Shown: positions 49,386-59,378 of the stretch, in pieces
Layout of the letters: each line of letters starts with the position of its first letter
How positions within the stretch are numbered: the stretch's first letter is position 1
Source: an uncultured Gemmatimonadaceae bacterium
GTDB lineage: Bacteria; Gemmatimonadota; Gemmatimonadetes; Gemmatimonadales; Gemmatimonadaceae
DNA length: 64,000 bases
Direction: 5' to 3'
Assembly (NCBI GenBank): GCA_963740355.1
Contig: CAVUDW010000002.1
Coordinates: 1,152,001 to 1,216,000 of the forward strand
Program-made: the position numbers and the translations under genes
Notes under the pieces: generated by a model
What the model saw: the letters and a program-made list of their open reading frames with translations, nothing else
Database searches by the model: none
What the model was told of the DNA's origin: nothing

Positions 49386-51787
49386 ACACTCGGTGGGTAA
49401 AGATGCTGCGTGACGTGTCGGTTGCTCGCGGCCGGATGGGCATGGTGGCAGCGGCGATGGCGGTGAGCATCTGCGCGGTGGTCACGATGCTCACGACCTA
49501 CACGGTGCTGCGGCGTGAGGTGCCGCAGAGCTACATCGGCTCCAATCCGGCGTCGGCGCAACTCGCGATGGCTGGCAGTGTGCCGGATACCCTGCTCGCG
49601 GCCGTCCGCCGCATGCCCAACATCGCCGACGCTGAACTGGCCACCACCGTGATGGCGCGCATCGATGTTGGTGCAGGGGAGTGGCTTCCGTTGCTGCTCT
49701 TCGTCCGTCCGGATGTGGCGGCGTCGCGTATCAACACGTTGCATCCTGAGAGTGGTGCCTGGCCGCTTCAGGATGGCGGTATCGCGATCGAGCGCAGCGC
49801 CATGGCCCTCACCAGAAGCGAGGTTGGTCGTACGGTCACGATCGACCTGCCAGGGGCCGGCCGCCGGTCGCTGCTGCTCGCTGGCAGCGTGCACGATCCG
49901 GGCGTGGCGCCCGCGTGGCAGGAACAGGTCGTGTACGGCTATGTGTCAGCCGCGACGCTTTCGCGCGTTGGGCACACCACACCACTCGATGTGATCGCGT
50001 TGGTGGTGCGCGACGGGGCCGCGGATGCCGCTGCAATCGAGCGCACGGTGCGCCAGGTCAGCGCCGCGCTGACAGTTGCTGGGCACCCGGTGCTGGAGGC
50101 GCGAATCCCTCCGCCGCAGCGCCACCCGCACCAGTCGCAGATGAATGCCGTGATCACGATGCTGCTGGTGTTCAGCCTGCTCGTGCTGGTACTTGGCGCC
50201 TTGTTGACGGGAGGGGTCATCAATGCATGGCTCGCGCAACAGTCACGCCAGATTGCGATCATGAAGGCGATTGGCGCACAAACGGCACAGATCTCGACCC
50301 TCTACGTCGTGGTCGTGGTGATGCTCGGTACCCTTGCCACCGCCGTTGGCCTGCCGCTGGGGCTTGGCGCGGGACGACAGTTCATCGCGCTGGTGGCGCA
50401 GTTGCTCAACCTGCGACTGGTGAGCGTTGCCACGCCGTGGTGGGTCGGTGCACTCGCACTTGTGCTTGGCATCGGTGCACCCGTGCTTGCTGCTGCGCTG
50501 CCGATCCGTCTCGCGTCGCGTCGTTCGGTGCGCGACACGATCGATGACAACGGCGCCCGCCCGCGTACCAGCGAAGCGAATCGACTGGTGCGCATGATCG
50601 CGCGATGGCGGCTCCCGGATCCGGCCATCACACTCGCCATCCGCAACACCTTTCGTCGCCGTGCGCGTCTCGTGATGACGGCCTCGCTGCTGGCGGGAGC
50701 GGGGGCGATGTTCATCGCCAGCCTCGATCTGAAGGCGGCCTGGGAGCGCAACGTGACGGATGCGCGGCGCGACCGGCTGTTCGACCTCGAGGTGCGACTG
50801 CAACGCAATTCGCCAACGGCGACAGTCCGCACAGCCGCTGCATCCGTGGGTGGGGTCACGCGGGTCGAGTCATGGGAAGCCGCGCATGCGGCACGCGGGG
50901 GCGCGGACGGTCTGGAGATCGAAGGCACCTATCCAGATGGATCGCATGGCGGATTCACGCTGCGCGCGGCCCCACCAGACACGCGACTCATCGCCCATCA
51001 GATGGCGGAAGGCCGCTGGCTTCAGCAAGGTGACATGGCCACCGCCGTCATCAACACGATGGCCCGCCGACTCTCCTTCCGCGACCTGAAGATGGGCGAC
51101 TCGGTCGCGATGCTGGTCAATCGGAAGCCGGTCACCGTGCGAATCGTCGGGGTGCTGTCCGAGCCGCTGACGCCTGCCACGTTGCTCGTGACACCAGGCT
51201 TTTTCGCCAGCTTGTCCGAGGTGCCGGGCACCACCAATACCCTGCGCCTGCAGCTTGCCGATACAGCGTCGGAGTCACGTGTCGTGCGCGAGGTCGGGGC
51301 GGCGCTCGAGCGCGCGGGTGGCCCGGTGAAGGTCGTGATCACCGAAGCCCGCTTTGCGGCGGCGCAAGGTGGGCATGTCTACATCCTGGTGTACGCACTG
51401 GCTTTCATCGCGATGGTGATGGCTATCGTCGGCCTGATCGGACTCACCTCATCGCTCGGGGTATCGGTCCTGGAGCGCACGCGCGAATTCGGCGTGATGC
51501 GCGCGATCGGCTGCAGCACGTCGATGATCGTGCGCACCGTCATCGCCGAGGGAATCGTGATCGCAACAGTGAGTGTCGTGATTGCCTCGATCGTCTCGCG
51601 CATCATCTCCTCGACCGTCGGCCGAGTGCTGGCGTCGATCACGGCGCAGGACCTGACACTCAGCCTCTGGCCGCGGGGTGTGGCGCTCTGGGTCGCCGGA
51701 CTGCTGGTAGGCACTGTGTTGGTCAGCTGTATCCCCGCCCTTCGCGCCGCGCGCCTCACCGTGCGTGACGCTCTCTCGTACGTCTGA
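49382..51787 (+). CDS. MacB/FtsX-type ABC permease (duplicated)
   Basis: Two FtsX repeats (IAIMKAIG, ERTREFGVMRAIG) with large periplasmic domains. Confidence 0.9.
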   Translation: MNTRWVKMLRDVSVARGRMGMVAAAMAVSICAVVTMLTTYTVLRREVPQSYIGSNPASAQLAMAGSVPDTLLAAVRRMPNIADAELATTVMARIDVGAGEWLPLLLFVRPDVAASRINTLHPESGAWPLQDGGIAIERSAMALTRSEVGRTVTIDLPGAGRRSLLLAGSVHDPGVAPAWQEQVVYGYVSAATLSRVGHTTPLDVIALVVRDGAADAAAIERTVRQVSAALTVAGHPVLEARIPPPQRHPHQSQMNAVITMLLVFSLLVLVLGALLTGGVINAWLAQQSRQIAIMKAIGAQTAQISTLYVVVVVMLGTLATAVGLPLGLGAGRQFIALVAQLLNLRLVSVATPWWVGALALVLGIGAPVLAAALPIRLASRRSVRDTIDDNGARPRTSEANRLVRMIARWRLPDPAITLAIRNTFRRRARLVMTASLLAGAGAMFIASLDLKAAWERNVTDARRDRLFDLEVRLQRNSPTATVRTAAASVGGVTRVESWEAAHAARGGADGLEIEGTYPDGSHGGFTLRAAPPDTRLIAHQMAEGRWLQQGDMATAVINTMARRLSFRDLKMGDSVAMLVNRKPVTVRIVGVLSEPLTPATLLVTPGFFASLSEVPGTTNTLRLQLADTASESRVVREVGAALERAGGPVKVVITEARFAAAQGGHVYILVYALAFIAMVMAIVGLIGLTSSLGVSVLERTREFGVMRAIGCSTSMIVRTVIAEGIVIATVSVVIASIVSRIISSTVGRVLASITAQDLTLSLWPRGVALWVAGLLVGTVLVSCIPALRAARLTVRDALSYV

Positions 51788-51798
51788 GGATCGTCGAC

Positions 51799-51912
51799 AT
51801 GTCGCTCAAGATTGCAGTACGCTCACTCGCGGTGCTCGCCATCGTCGCGTTAGCCTGGTTGGCGCACCGCGTCGACGGACTGGCGATGCTGAAGCGATTG
51901 CATGGTGGGTGA
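51799..51912 (+). CDS. Small 37-aa single-pass membrane protein
   Basis: GAGGA RBS; MSLKIAVRSLAVLAIVALAWLAHRVDGLAMLKRLHGG; below the ORF-track size cutoff. Confidence 0.65.
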   Translation: MSLKIAVRSLAVLAIVALAWLAHRVDGLAMLKRLHGG

Positions 51913-52048
51913 CAGGCGCGGAGGTCTGGACTGGTGGCCGCTCCAGGAACCAGGGCGGGACCAGCGTGGGAACCAGTGCAGGCAGTGACGGATATCGTCG
52001 GTTCCGCCGTCGTCGCTCCCCCTGCCGTTTCCCCCCGCCGGTTCGCCT

Positions 52049-52462
52049 GTGCAGACATCCGCCCTCCTCTTTCTCCGCGTTTCGCTCGGTGGCCTGATGG
52101 TCTACTGGGGTGTCGACAAGCTGATCAACGTCAAGCACGGCATCGGCGTCGCGGCGAAGTTCTATGGCGGCGTGCCGGTGGCCGAGTCGCTGATGCAGGG
52201 CTTCGGGGTCGCCCAGATCGCGCTCGGTGCCTTGATCATCGCGGGCCTCTACCGCCGCGTAGCATATCCAGCACTCCTGCTCGTGACGGGGACCACGTTG
52301 CTGGCGGTCTGGAAGTCGATCATCGATCCGTTCAAGCTGCTGCTCGATGGCGGGAACCTGATCTTCTACCCGTCGCTCATCATCTTTGCCGGCGCCGTCG
52401 TGCTGTTGGCATTCCGCGAACTCGACGTGCTGTCGATCGATGCGCGGCGACGTCGTGCCTAG
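52049..52462 (+). CDS. DoxX family membrane protein
   Basis: LRVSLG...WGVDKL; four hydrophobic segments; SID near the C-terminus. Confidence 0.75.
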   Translation: MQTSALLFLRVSLGGLMVYWGVDKLINVKHGIGVAAKFYGGVPVAESLMQGFGVAQIALGALIIAGLYRRVAYPALLLVTGTTLLAVWKSIIDPFKLLLDGGNLIFYPSLIIFAGAVVLLAFRELDVLSIDARRRRA

Positions 52463-53418
52463 TGCGCTGCGACCCCTGAACGTGTGAGCTGCGCGGCAAA
52501 GAACCCGAGCACGAGCGCCGAACCGTTCACATCCGGCGTCGGCTTCTGCCCGAACCACCACGTGCTATGGCCGCCGGGCCAGGCATGCGGATGGTCGGGG
52601 ATCGACACGATGCGCACCGCACCGCCAGCGACACAGCCTGTGGCGATGCGTGTCCGCACCTGAACGCGCGGCGGCCGACGTACAACGCTGACATCACGCC
52701 CGGTACAGTGGTTCTCGCGTTCCCAGAAGGCAGCGGCTGAATCGAGCGATGTCGCGTACGGCGGTGCCCCTTCCGCCTTCTGTGTGGCGTGATCCTCTCG
52801 CAGGTCATCATCATCGTCGCCCCGGACCAGCAGCACGCCGATGGGTGCGGTGGCAGTGCACGGTTCATTCGGCATCGCGCCGGCCAGGTCTGCCACAGCC
52901 CGCACCACACCCGCGCGCTGGCACGCCACCTTGAGCGCCAGCATCCCTCCGGCAGAAAAGCCGGCCGCAAAAATTGCCGTGCTGTCGATGCGGCCACTTC
53001 GTACAAGTGCCGCCCGGATGGTGTCGATGAAGGCGATCTCGTCGACGTTGTGCTGCTGGGCCCAGCCGCAACAGGTCCCGACGTTCCACGACAGACCGAT
53101 GCCGTGCACCCGACCACTGCCGTCGGCATACGCGATGGCCATGCCAAGCGAGTCCGCCACCGCATTCATCCGTGAGCTCCGCTGTGCGACGTCGGCGTTG
53201 CCAGTGTGCCCGTGAAACATGAAGACCAACGGCACGCGCCGTGTTGCTGCGGCAGGGGGCAGGTGCAGCAGGAAGGTGCGATTGGTGGTCCCCACACGCA
53301 CTGCATGGAATGTCGTTCGACCTGCGGTGGCGTCGTTCAGCGCGCGCGGTGTTCGCAGCGTGGTGCACCCGGCAAGCGCCGCAACGGTGCACAGCAGTCC
53401 GGCGCCTCGCGCGACCAT
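52459..53418 (-). CDS. LpqC/PHB-depolymerase-like esterase, probable lipoprotein
   Basis: LAGC lipobox; FHG, WNVGTCCG, GFSAGG nucleophile, HAWPGG; abuts the mprF stop. Confidence 0.8.
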   Translation of the reverse strand: MVARGAGLLCTVAALAGCTTLRTPRALNDATAGRTTFHAVRVGTTNRTFLLHLPPAAATRRVPLVFMFHGHTGNADVAQRSSRMNAVADSLGMAIAYADGSGRVHGIGLSWNVGTCCGWAQQHNVDEIAFIDTIRAALVRSGRIDSTAIFAAGFSAGGMLALKVACQRAGVVRAVADLAGAMPNEPCTATAPIGVLLVRGDDDDDLREDHATQKAEGAPPYATSLDSAAAFWERENHCTGRDVSVVRRPPRVQVRTRIATGCVAGGAVRIVSIPDHPHAWPGGHSTWWFGQKPTPDVNGSALVLGFFAAQLTRSGVAAH

Positions 53419-56165
53419 CACTTGTGGACCACTCCCGTCACGCCACCGGAGATGAGTGTCGTGACGTTCGCGAGCACACGGGGCAACGCAAAGCCGCCAG
53501 GGGATGCGAGATACCGAGGTACCCACACTGGCGAGAACTTCTCCTTGAACGCGCGCAGTCCCTGGAAATTGTAGAACTGTTCACCGCGGCCGTAGAGGAA
53601 CGCTCCCGCACGCGACCAGAGCGGGGCGAGCTCGGGACGAGCCAGCGTCGGCGACGCGAGCCCGGCCAGCGGTGCCATGCCGAGGTTCGCCATCGAGTAC
53701 CCCTGCTGCTGTCCCCAGAGCAGCAGCTGGATGAACAGGAAGTCCATCACACCGCGTGGCGCATGTGCCGATCGTCGCATCAGGTCTGGCGACACTTCAC
53801 CGCCGGGTGCACCGCACCAGATATTCGCGAACGCCACGATCTCCCGCCCCCCATCACAGGGCGCGTAGACGAGCGCCATCGGGAAGTGCTTCAGGTACGC
53901 CTCATCGAATCGCCCGAGCGAAAACCCCTTCTCGCGCGTCGCCTTGCTGCCCAGCCATTCATCCGAGATGAGACGCAGCGTAGGGAGCAGCGCAGGAACG
54001 GCGCTCGCGGGGACGACCTCGAAGGTCATCCCCGCCTTCTCGGCATCGGTCTGGTTGCGCCGCATCCATCGGTGCGATGCACCACTGAGACTGAAGCTCG
54101 AAAGTGGCACGAACGCCTCCTCGCCGAGCTTGAGCAGGGTCAGCCCCAGGTCGATGTAGAGCGGCAGTCGCTCGGCTCCCACCTGATAGAACACAGGCCA
54201 TGCGCCATGCGAATCCGCCTCGAGCTTGAAGCGCCACGCCGCGTCGGTACCGGCGTCGATCGGGCCGACGGGATCACCCATCGCGATCCAGCTGCGGCCT
54301 GCGACGCCATACATCACAAAGCCCTTGCCGGTGTCGTCGTAGAGCAGCGTCTTGTCACCGAGGAGCGCGAGGGATGCGGTGCTGCTGGGAGACGCCGCAA
54401 CGATCGTGGCGGCATGGGTGATCTCGTCCGGCGTCGGACGAGCGGGTGTGTAGGTGGCGTGGCGCAGCAGTCGTGACAGGCCAACCAGCATCACGGCACC
54501 CACCACACCAGCGGTGGCCCGCAGGAATCGCGGCGCGTTGCCGCGGGCTGCAAACTCCCACCACATCTCCGACGAATAATCCACGTGGCGATAGGCGAAC
54601 AGGCCGATCCAGATGCTGGCGCCCACCACGCCCACGATTCCCGCAATCCATCCCGGTGAGAGCGGCTCGCTCGTCAGCGCCGTCTTGCGGTAGAAGGCAC
54701 CACGCGCCGGCAGGATCACCAACAGCACGGCACCAAGCGCCATCGCTTCCTCGTAGTCGAGCCCCTTGAGCAGCGACGACACGATGCCGACGCACAGCAG
54801 CACGATGGTCAGTCCCCACGCGGCATCGAGCCGGCGACGTAGCGCCCAGCCAAGCACCAGCAGGCCGACACCGACGATGCTCGCGATGAAGTGTGAAAAC
54901 TCCACCAGGCCAAGCGGAAGCACTGCCGTCAGTGTTCGCACTCGCCCGTGCGCCGCCGGTGTCGCACCCGAGAACAGCAGGATCACGCCACCGAGGAATG
55001 TCGAGGTGCCGATCGCGGTTGGCAGCAGCGGTTGCAGCACCTTCATCCACTGCGACACCGCCGAGAGCGTGGCTTGCGTTCGATCGATCAGTGCCGGAAC
55101 ACGCGCCCGCTGGCGTGCCAATTCGAGGAGGAGCAACGTGAGAACGGCGCCGACGAAGGGCACCAGGTAGTACACCGCGCGATACGCGAGCAGCGCGACC
55201 AGCGTTTCCTGCGCCGGAATGAGGGGTTGCAATGCCAGTACCATCAACGTTTCGACCACACCCAGGCCACCGGGCACATGGCTGATCACGCCGATCGTCT
55301 GCGCGAGCACGAACACACCGAGAAACGGCACCCATTCGACATGGTGCCCATTTGGTAGCAGCACGAACAACACCAGGCTCGCCACCGCCCAGTCCACCAG
55401 TGCCAGCACGATCTGCGCGATTGCGGTGCGCAACGTCGGTACCGGGAACTCCCAACCCGCGATGCGGAACGGCGTATCCGTGCGCCGTGCCGCCCACACG
55501 ACGTACACCGTCGTGACCAGCAGCAACGCCACGCCGACCACGCGCGCCAGCGCATCGGGCAGGTGCAGCAACTGCAGCGTCCCCTCCGGCTCGATCAGTA
55601 GTGCCAAGCCGCTTACCGTGATGATGCCGACGGTGAACGTCGCGCTGACCGAGGCGGCGGCGCGTGCCATCTCTTCCGTCGACAATCCCCACGCACTCCA
55701 GAAACGCACACGCACGGCATTGCCGGTGAGCAGCGGGAAGCCGAGCGTCTGGCTGATGCCATACGACAGGGACGACGACAGCAGCACGCGTGCGGGGTTG
55801 ATGCGGGCGCCGATGTAGTCCAATGCGATCAGGTCATAGCCTGACAGCAGGACGTACGCGACCACCGTCAAGGCGAGGGCGCCGGCGACCTGTGATGTCG
55901 GCAGCGCGGCCAGGGCCGTCATCACCTTGTGATAGCCGCTGCCGGCCAGCTCGTTGCGCAGCAGGACCAATGCCAGCGCGAGAATCGCGGTCATGGCGAT
56001 GGCACCGGCCCATGGCTTGTATTTCAGCCAGCGGGATTCACGGGGCTCGTCGAGCGACGTCACGGCGTCGGGCGTGACAGGGGACGGTGGCGTTGCTGCG
56101 CCGGGCATCGAGGGCAAAGCAGTGCGGGGGGAGTCGGTGCCGGGTGCGGTCGTGCCGTCGCGCAT
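53418..56165 (-). CDS. mprF: Bifunctional aminoacyl-phosphatidylglycerol flippase/synthase
   Basis: Multi-TM flippase (ISHVPGGLGVVE, YRAVYY); synthase LGDK, MGDPVG, KLGEEA, EKGFSLG, DLMR, LGMAPL, YNFQGLRAFKEKF. Confidence 0.93.
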   Translation of the reverse strand: MRDGTTAPGTDSPRTALPSMPGAATPPSPVTPDAVTSLDEPRESRWLKYKPWAGAIAMTAILALALVLLRNELAGSGYHKVMTALAALPTSQVAGALALTVVAYVLLSGYDLIALDYIGARINPARVLLSSSLSYGISQTLGFPLLTGNAVRVRFWSAWGLSTEEMARAAASVSATFTVGIITVSGLALLIEPEGTLQLLHLPDALARVVGVALLLVTTVYVVWAARRTDTPFRIAGWEFPVPTLRTAIAQIVLALVDWAVASLVLFVLLPNGHHVEWVPFLGVFVLAQTIGVISHVPGGLGVVETLMVLALQPLIPAQETLVALLAYRAVYYLVPFVGAVLTLLLLELARQRARVPALIDRTQATLSAVSQWMKVLQPLLPTAIGTSTFLGGVILLFSGATPAAHGRVRTLTAVLPLGLVEFSHFIASIVGVGLLVLGWALRRRLDAAWGLTIVLLCVGIVSSLLKGLDYEEAMALGAVLLVILPARGAFYRKTALTSEPLSPGWIAGIVGVVGASIWIGLFAYRHVDYSSEMWWEFAARGNAPRFLRATAGVVGAVMLVGLSRLLRHATYTPARPTPDEITHAATIVAASPSSTASLALLGDKTLLYDDTGKGFVMYGVAGRSWIAMGDPVGPIDAGTDAAWRFKLEADSHGAWPVFYQVGAERLPLYIDLGLTLLKLGEEAFVPLSSFSLSGASHRWMRRNQTDAEKAGMTFEVVPASAVPALLPTLRLISDEWLGSKATREKGFSLGRFDEAYLKHFPMALVYAPCDGGREIVAFANIWCGAPGGEVSPDLMRRSAHAPRGVMDFLFIQLLLWGQQQGYSMANLGMAPLAGLASPTLARPELAPLWSRAGAFLYGRGEQFYNFQGLRAFKEKFSPVWVPRYLASPGGFALPRVLANVTTLISGGVTGVVHK

Positions 56166-56353
56166 GGGGAGGGCAGAAGGTGAGGATTCGCTGCACGGCA
56201 GCGATTGGTGTTACAACTCCGCAGTTGGCACCGAGGTCCACGCGACCGACGATCTGATGCGACGCCAGCGGTGTACGACCGCGCATCGCACGATCTGCAT
56301 CGACATCCCGTGATGCTTCGACGCGCGCGGCTCCGACAATCAACTGCAAACGA

Positions 56354-57094
56354 ATGCACAACATGCTTCAATCCGGCGATGTCCTGCGGCGGACAGCGCG
56401 CCGTCTGATCGTGATGATAATGAGTTGTCTGTTGCTGGCCGCGCCATCGCACGCGCAGGGCCGACCTGAGTCGCTCGACGACATCCCGCTGACCGAAGTT
56501 CCGGCCGCCAGCGGACAGACGCTGGCGATCTTCTGGAGTGGCGACGGCGGCTGGGCCGCGCTCGCCTCGACGGTGTCCAAGCAACTCGCCGCCAATGGTA
56601 TTGCCGTGGTCGGGATCAACTCGCGCACCTGGCTCGAACATGGCAAGCGCGGACCGGATGACGTGGCGCATGACAGCGAGCGCCTCCTGCGCGCCTATCT
56701 CACGAAGTGGTCACGGTCCCGAATCATCCTCGTTGGGTACTCGCGCGGCGCGGACTTCCTGCCGTTCATCGTGACGCGCCTGCCCGCCGACCTGCGCGAA
56801 CGGGTTGACCTGGTTGCCATGCTGGGCGCTGCGCCCGCCGCCAGCTTCGAGTTCCACCTGCTCGACCTCGTCCGCGACAGTGCACGTCCCACCGACATGC
56901 CGCTGATGCCGGAACTGCAGCGCAGCACGGGCACCCGCTACCTGTGCATGTATGGCACGGCGGAGACGAGCACGCTGTGCCCACAGCTCGACGCGGGCAA
57001 GTACAAGATCGTTGCGCGCACCGGTGATCATCACTTCGATCGCAACTATCCCGAGATCGCCCAGGACATTCTGCGCGCACTTCCATCGCGCTGA
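56354..57094 (+). CDS. acvB: AcvB/VirJ family lysyl-phosphatidylglycerol hydrolase
   Basis: Signal peptide; SGDGGW, GYSRGAD, CMYG..E...C, GDHHFD; divergent from mprF; start uncertain. Confidence 0.85.
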   Translation: MHNMLQSGDVLRRTARRLIVMIMSCLLLAAPSHAQGRPESLDDIPLTEVPAASGQTLAIFWSGDGGWAALASTVSKQLAANGIAVVGINSRTWLEHGKRGPDDVAHDSERLLRAYLTKWSRSRIILVGYSRGADFLPFIVTRLPADLRERVDLVAMLGAAPAASFEFHLLDLVRDSARPTDMPLMPELQRSTGTRYLCMYGTAETSTLCPQLDAGKYKIVARTGDHHFDRNYPEIAQDILRALPSR

Positions 57095-57104
57095 CGATCG
57101 AACG

Positions 57105-58250
57105 TCAGGCGCCGATCGGCACCATCGCGGCACGCGCCGCGCGGAGGAACGTCGACACCTTGGGCAGCCCCAGTTCGAGATTGCGTCGCGCATTGGCGTA
57201 TCCGATGCGGACATGTCCTTCCATGTCCATCGCGCTGCCAGGCACGAACATCACGCCGGTCTCCTTCAGCAGGCGAAGGCAGAACTCCACCGACGGCATC
57301 GGCAGGTCGTACTTCACAAGCGCCGTCGTACCCGACTTCGGTGCGACGTACGACAGCCCCGGCTCCGACGTGATCCAGGCATCGAGCAGGGTGAGGTTGT
57401 CGCGAAGGATGGTCCGGTTGCGACGCAGGATCGCATCCCGATGCTCGAGCGCCATCGTGGCAAAGAGATCGTCCAGCATTCCGACACTGATCGTGTTGTA
57501 GTGCCGGTGCACCGTCACCTGCTTGAGGAATTCAGCTGGCCCGACGATCCACCCCAGGCGCAACCCAGCCAGTGAATACGCTTTCGACATGCTGCCAGTG
57601 CTGATGCCCTTGTCGTACAGGTCCGCAATCGATGCCGTGAATCCCGTGCCATTGAGATCGATACCGCGGTACACCTCGTCGCTCAGGATCCAGGCCCCGG
57701 TCGGCTCGACCAGCTTCACGATCGCCGCCAGCATTGCCTGATCCATCAACGACCCTGTGGGGTTGTTCGGGTTGCTGAACACCACCATCCGGGTCTGCGG
57801 CGTGAGCATGGCGCGCAGGACCTCGAGATTCGGCAGGTAGCGGTCTTCCTCGCGCAGATGCAGCAATTCCACGCGCGCGCCAAAACTTTCTGGAATCGAG
57901 TAGTGCTGCTGATAGGCGGGCACCAGCGAGATGATGTGGTCGCCTGGCCGCACCAGCGTCTCGTAGACGAGCGCATTGGCACCAGCGGCGCCGTGTGTGA
58001 TCGTCACGTTCTCGCGCCGCTGGCCAGAGAAGAGTGAGGCCACCTGGTCGCGCAGCCCTGCCGAACCCTCGATGGCCCCGTACGTGAGCTTGAGGCCACG
58101 CAGCTCGTCGAGAATCGTGTCACTCCGCCCTGCCATCGCCAGCAGCTCGTGCATGTGCAACGAGTCGACGCAGGTCTCGGCGAGATTGAACTCGCAATGA
58201 TCCTCATGCGTGTCCATCCAGCGCTCGACGCCAAACTCACGAATGTCCAT
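57105..58250 (-). CDS. PLP-dependent aminotransferase class I/II
   Basis: NPNNPTG, SDEVY, SMSKAYSLAGLRLGW. Confidence 0.9.
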   Translation of the reverse strand: MDIREFGVERWMDTHEDHCEFNLAETCVDSLHMHELLAMAGRSDTILDELRGLKLTYGAIEGSAGLRDQVASLFSGQRRENVTITHGAAGANALVYETLVRPGDHIISLVPAYQQHYSIPESFGARVELLHLREEDRYLPNLEVLRAMLTPQTRMVVFSNPNNPTGSLMDQAMLAAIVKLVEPTGAWILSDEVYRGIDLNGTGFTASIADLYDKGISTGSMSKAYSLAGLRLGWIVGPAEFLKQVTVHRHYNTISVGMLDDLFATMALEHRDAILRRNRTILRDNLTLLDAWITSEPGLSYVAPKSGTTALVKYDLPMPSVEFCLRLLKETGVMFVPGSAMDMEGHVRIGYANARRNLELGLPKVSTFLRAARAAMVPIGA

Positions 58251-58289
58251 CGGCCGTGTTCCCGTTGGTGGAAGGTGCGTGGTCCAGCG

Positions 58290-59246
58290 CTATGCGGCGC
58301 CCTGCGTCGCCAGGTCGAGCAGTGCCTTCGCCATCGCGACATCTTCCAGGCCGAGGCCGATGGAGCGGAAGAAGGTGTGTGTATCGGGCGTCGGCGTCGG
58401 CGCACGACCGGTGACGACCTCACCGAGATCACCCACGATATCACTCGACGTCCATCCTTCCTCGGCGGTGGCGAGCACCATCTCGCCCGCCACCAGCGGC
58501 GTGCCGTTGCGGTCATCGCAGTACACGTCCATCGAGTGCAGCGACACCGGCGGGACTTCATGTGCGAGAGTGGCGTTCGTGCTCACCGACGTGATCAGCG
58601 CGCGCTTGGTGAGGTAGGTCGGGTCGAGCACCGTCGTCGCTGACGATGTGCAGAGCATCACCACGTCAGCGCCATCCACGGCTTCCTCGATCGTGCCGCA
58701 GAGCATCACGCGCGGGTCCAGCGCGTGCAACGGCTCGTGGGCATCCAGCGTCCGCATCAACTTCCGCGAGAACATGCGGATCTCGCCCCAGTCGCGCAGC
58801 GCTCGCACGTGGCGCAGGTGTGCCTGTGCAATCGGGCCGGTGCCGATGATCGCAAGTCGTCGCGCCTGCAACGATGACAGGCTGCGCACCGCCAGCGCGG
58901 TCGTGGCGGCGGTCCGTTCGATGGTGAGCTGCGTCGAGTCGACCAGCATCAGCGGGCGACCCGTCTCCATCGACATCAACGTGGTCCAGGCGGTGACCAG
59001 CGCACCGCCCGGTCGGGTGATGTACGGCGAGAGCTTGGCGCCGAACACCTGCGATTCCTCGAGCACGCCAAGGTAGGTGATGAAGTCGCCGCCCCCGCCG
59101 GGGAAGAGGGCCAGCGTCTGCGGTGGCTGTGTCGCCTTCCCATCGCCCAACGCCACGAACAGGCGGCGCATCACCTCGAGCACATCGAGTCGCCCGATCA
59201 GGCGTGCCACTTCGTCGGCCTCCATTATCCGGACCTGCTCGCTCAT
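58290..59246 (-). CDS. Ornithine cyclodeaminase/mu-crystallin family protein
   Basis: LT.ERTAA, IIGTGPIA, ADVVMLCTSS, FRSIGLGLED; ATG at 59246. Confidence 0.88.
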   Translation of the reverse strand: MSEQVRIMEADEVARLIGRLDVLEVMRRLFVALGDGKATQPPQTLALFPGGGGDFITYLGVLEESQVFGAKLSPYITRPGGALVTAWTTLMSMETGRPLMLVDSTQLTIERTAATTALAVRSLSSLQARRLAIIGTGPIAQAHLRHVRALRDWGEIRMFSRKLMRTLDAHEPLHALDPRVMLCGTIEEAVDGADVVMLCTSSATTVLDPTYLTKRALITSVSTNATLAHEVPPVSLHSMDVYCDDRNGTPLVAGEMVLATAEEGWTSSDIVGDLGEVVTGRAPTPTPDTHTFFRSIGLGLEDVAMAKALLDLATQGAA

Positions 59247-59378
59247 CACCGACTCCGTGCGCACCGTGGCGCATGCTGGGGGCAGCCCGCCGCGAAATGC
59301 GAGCAGGGACTGTGGCGGGGAATCTAGAAGGGAGCACCTCAGGCTCATCGTGACCCATCAGGGTCCGCGTCGCCGTGT

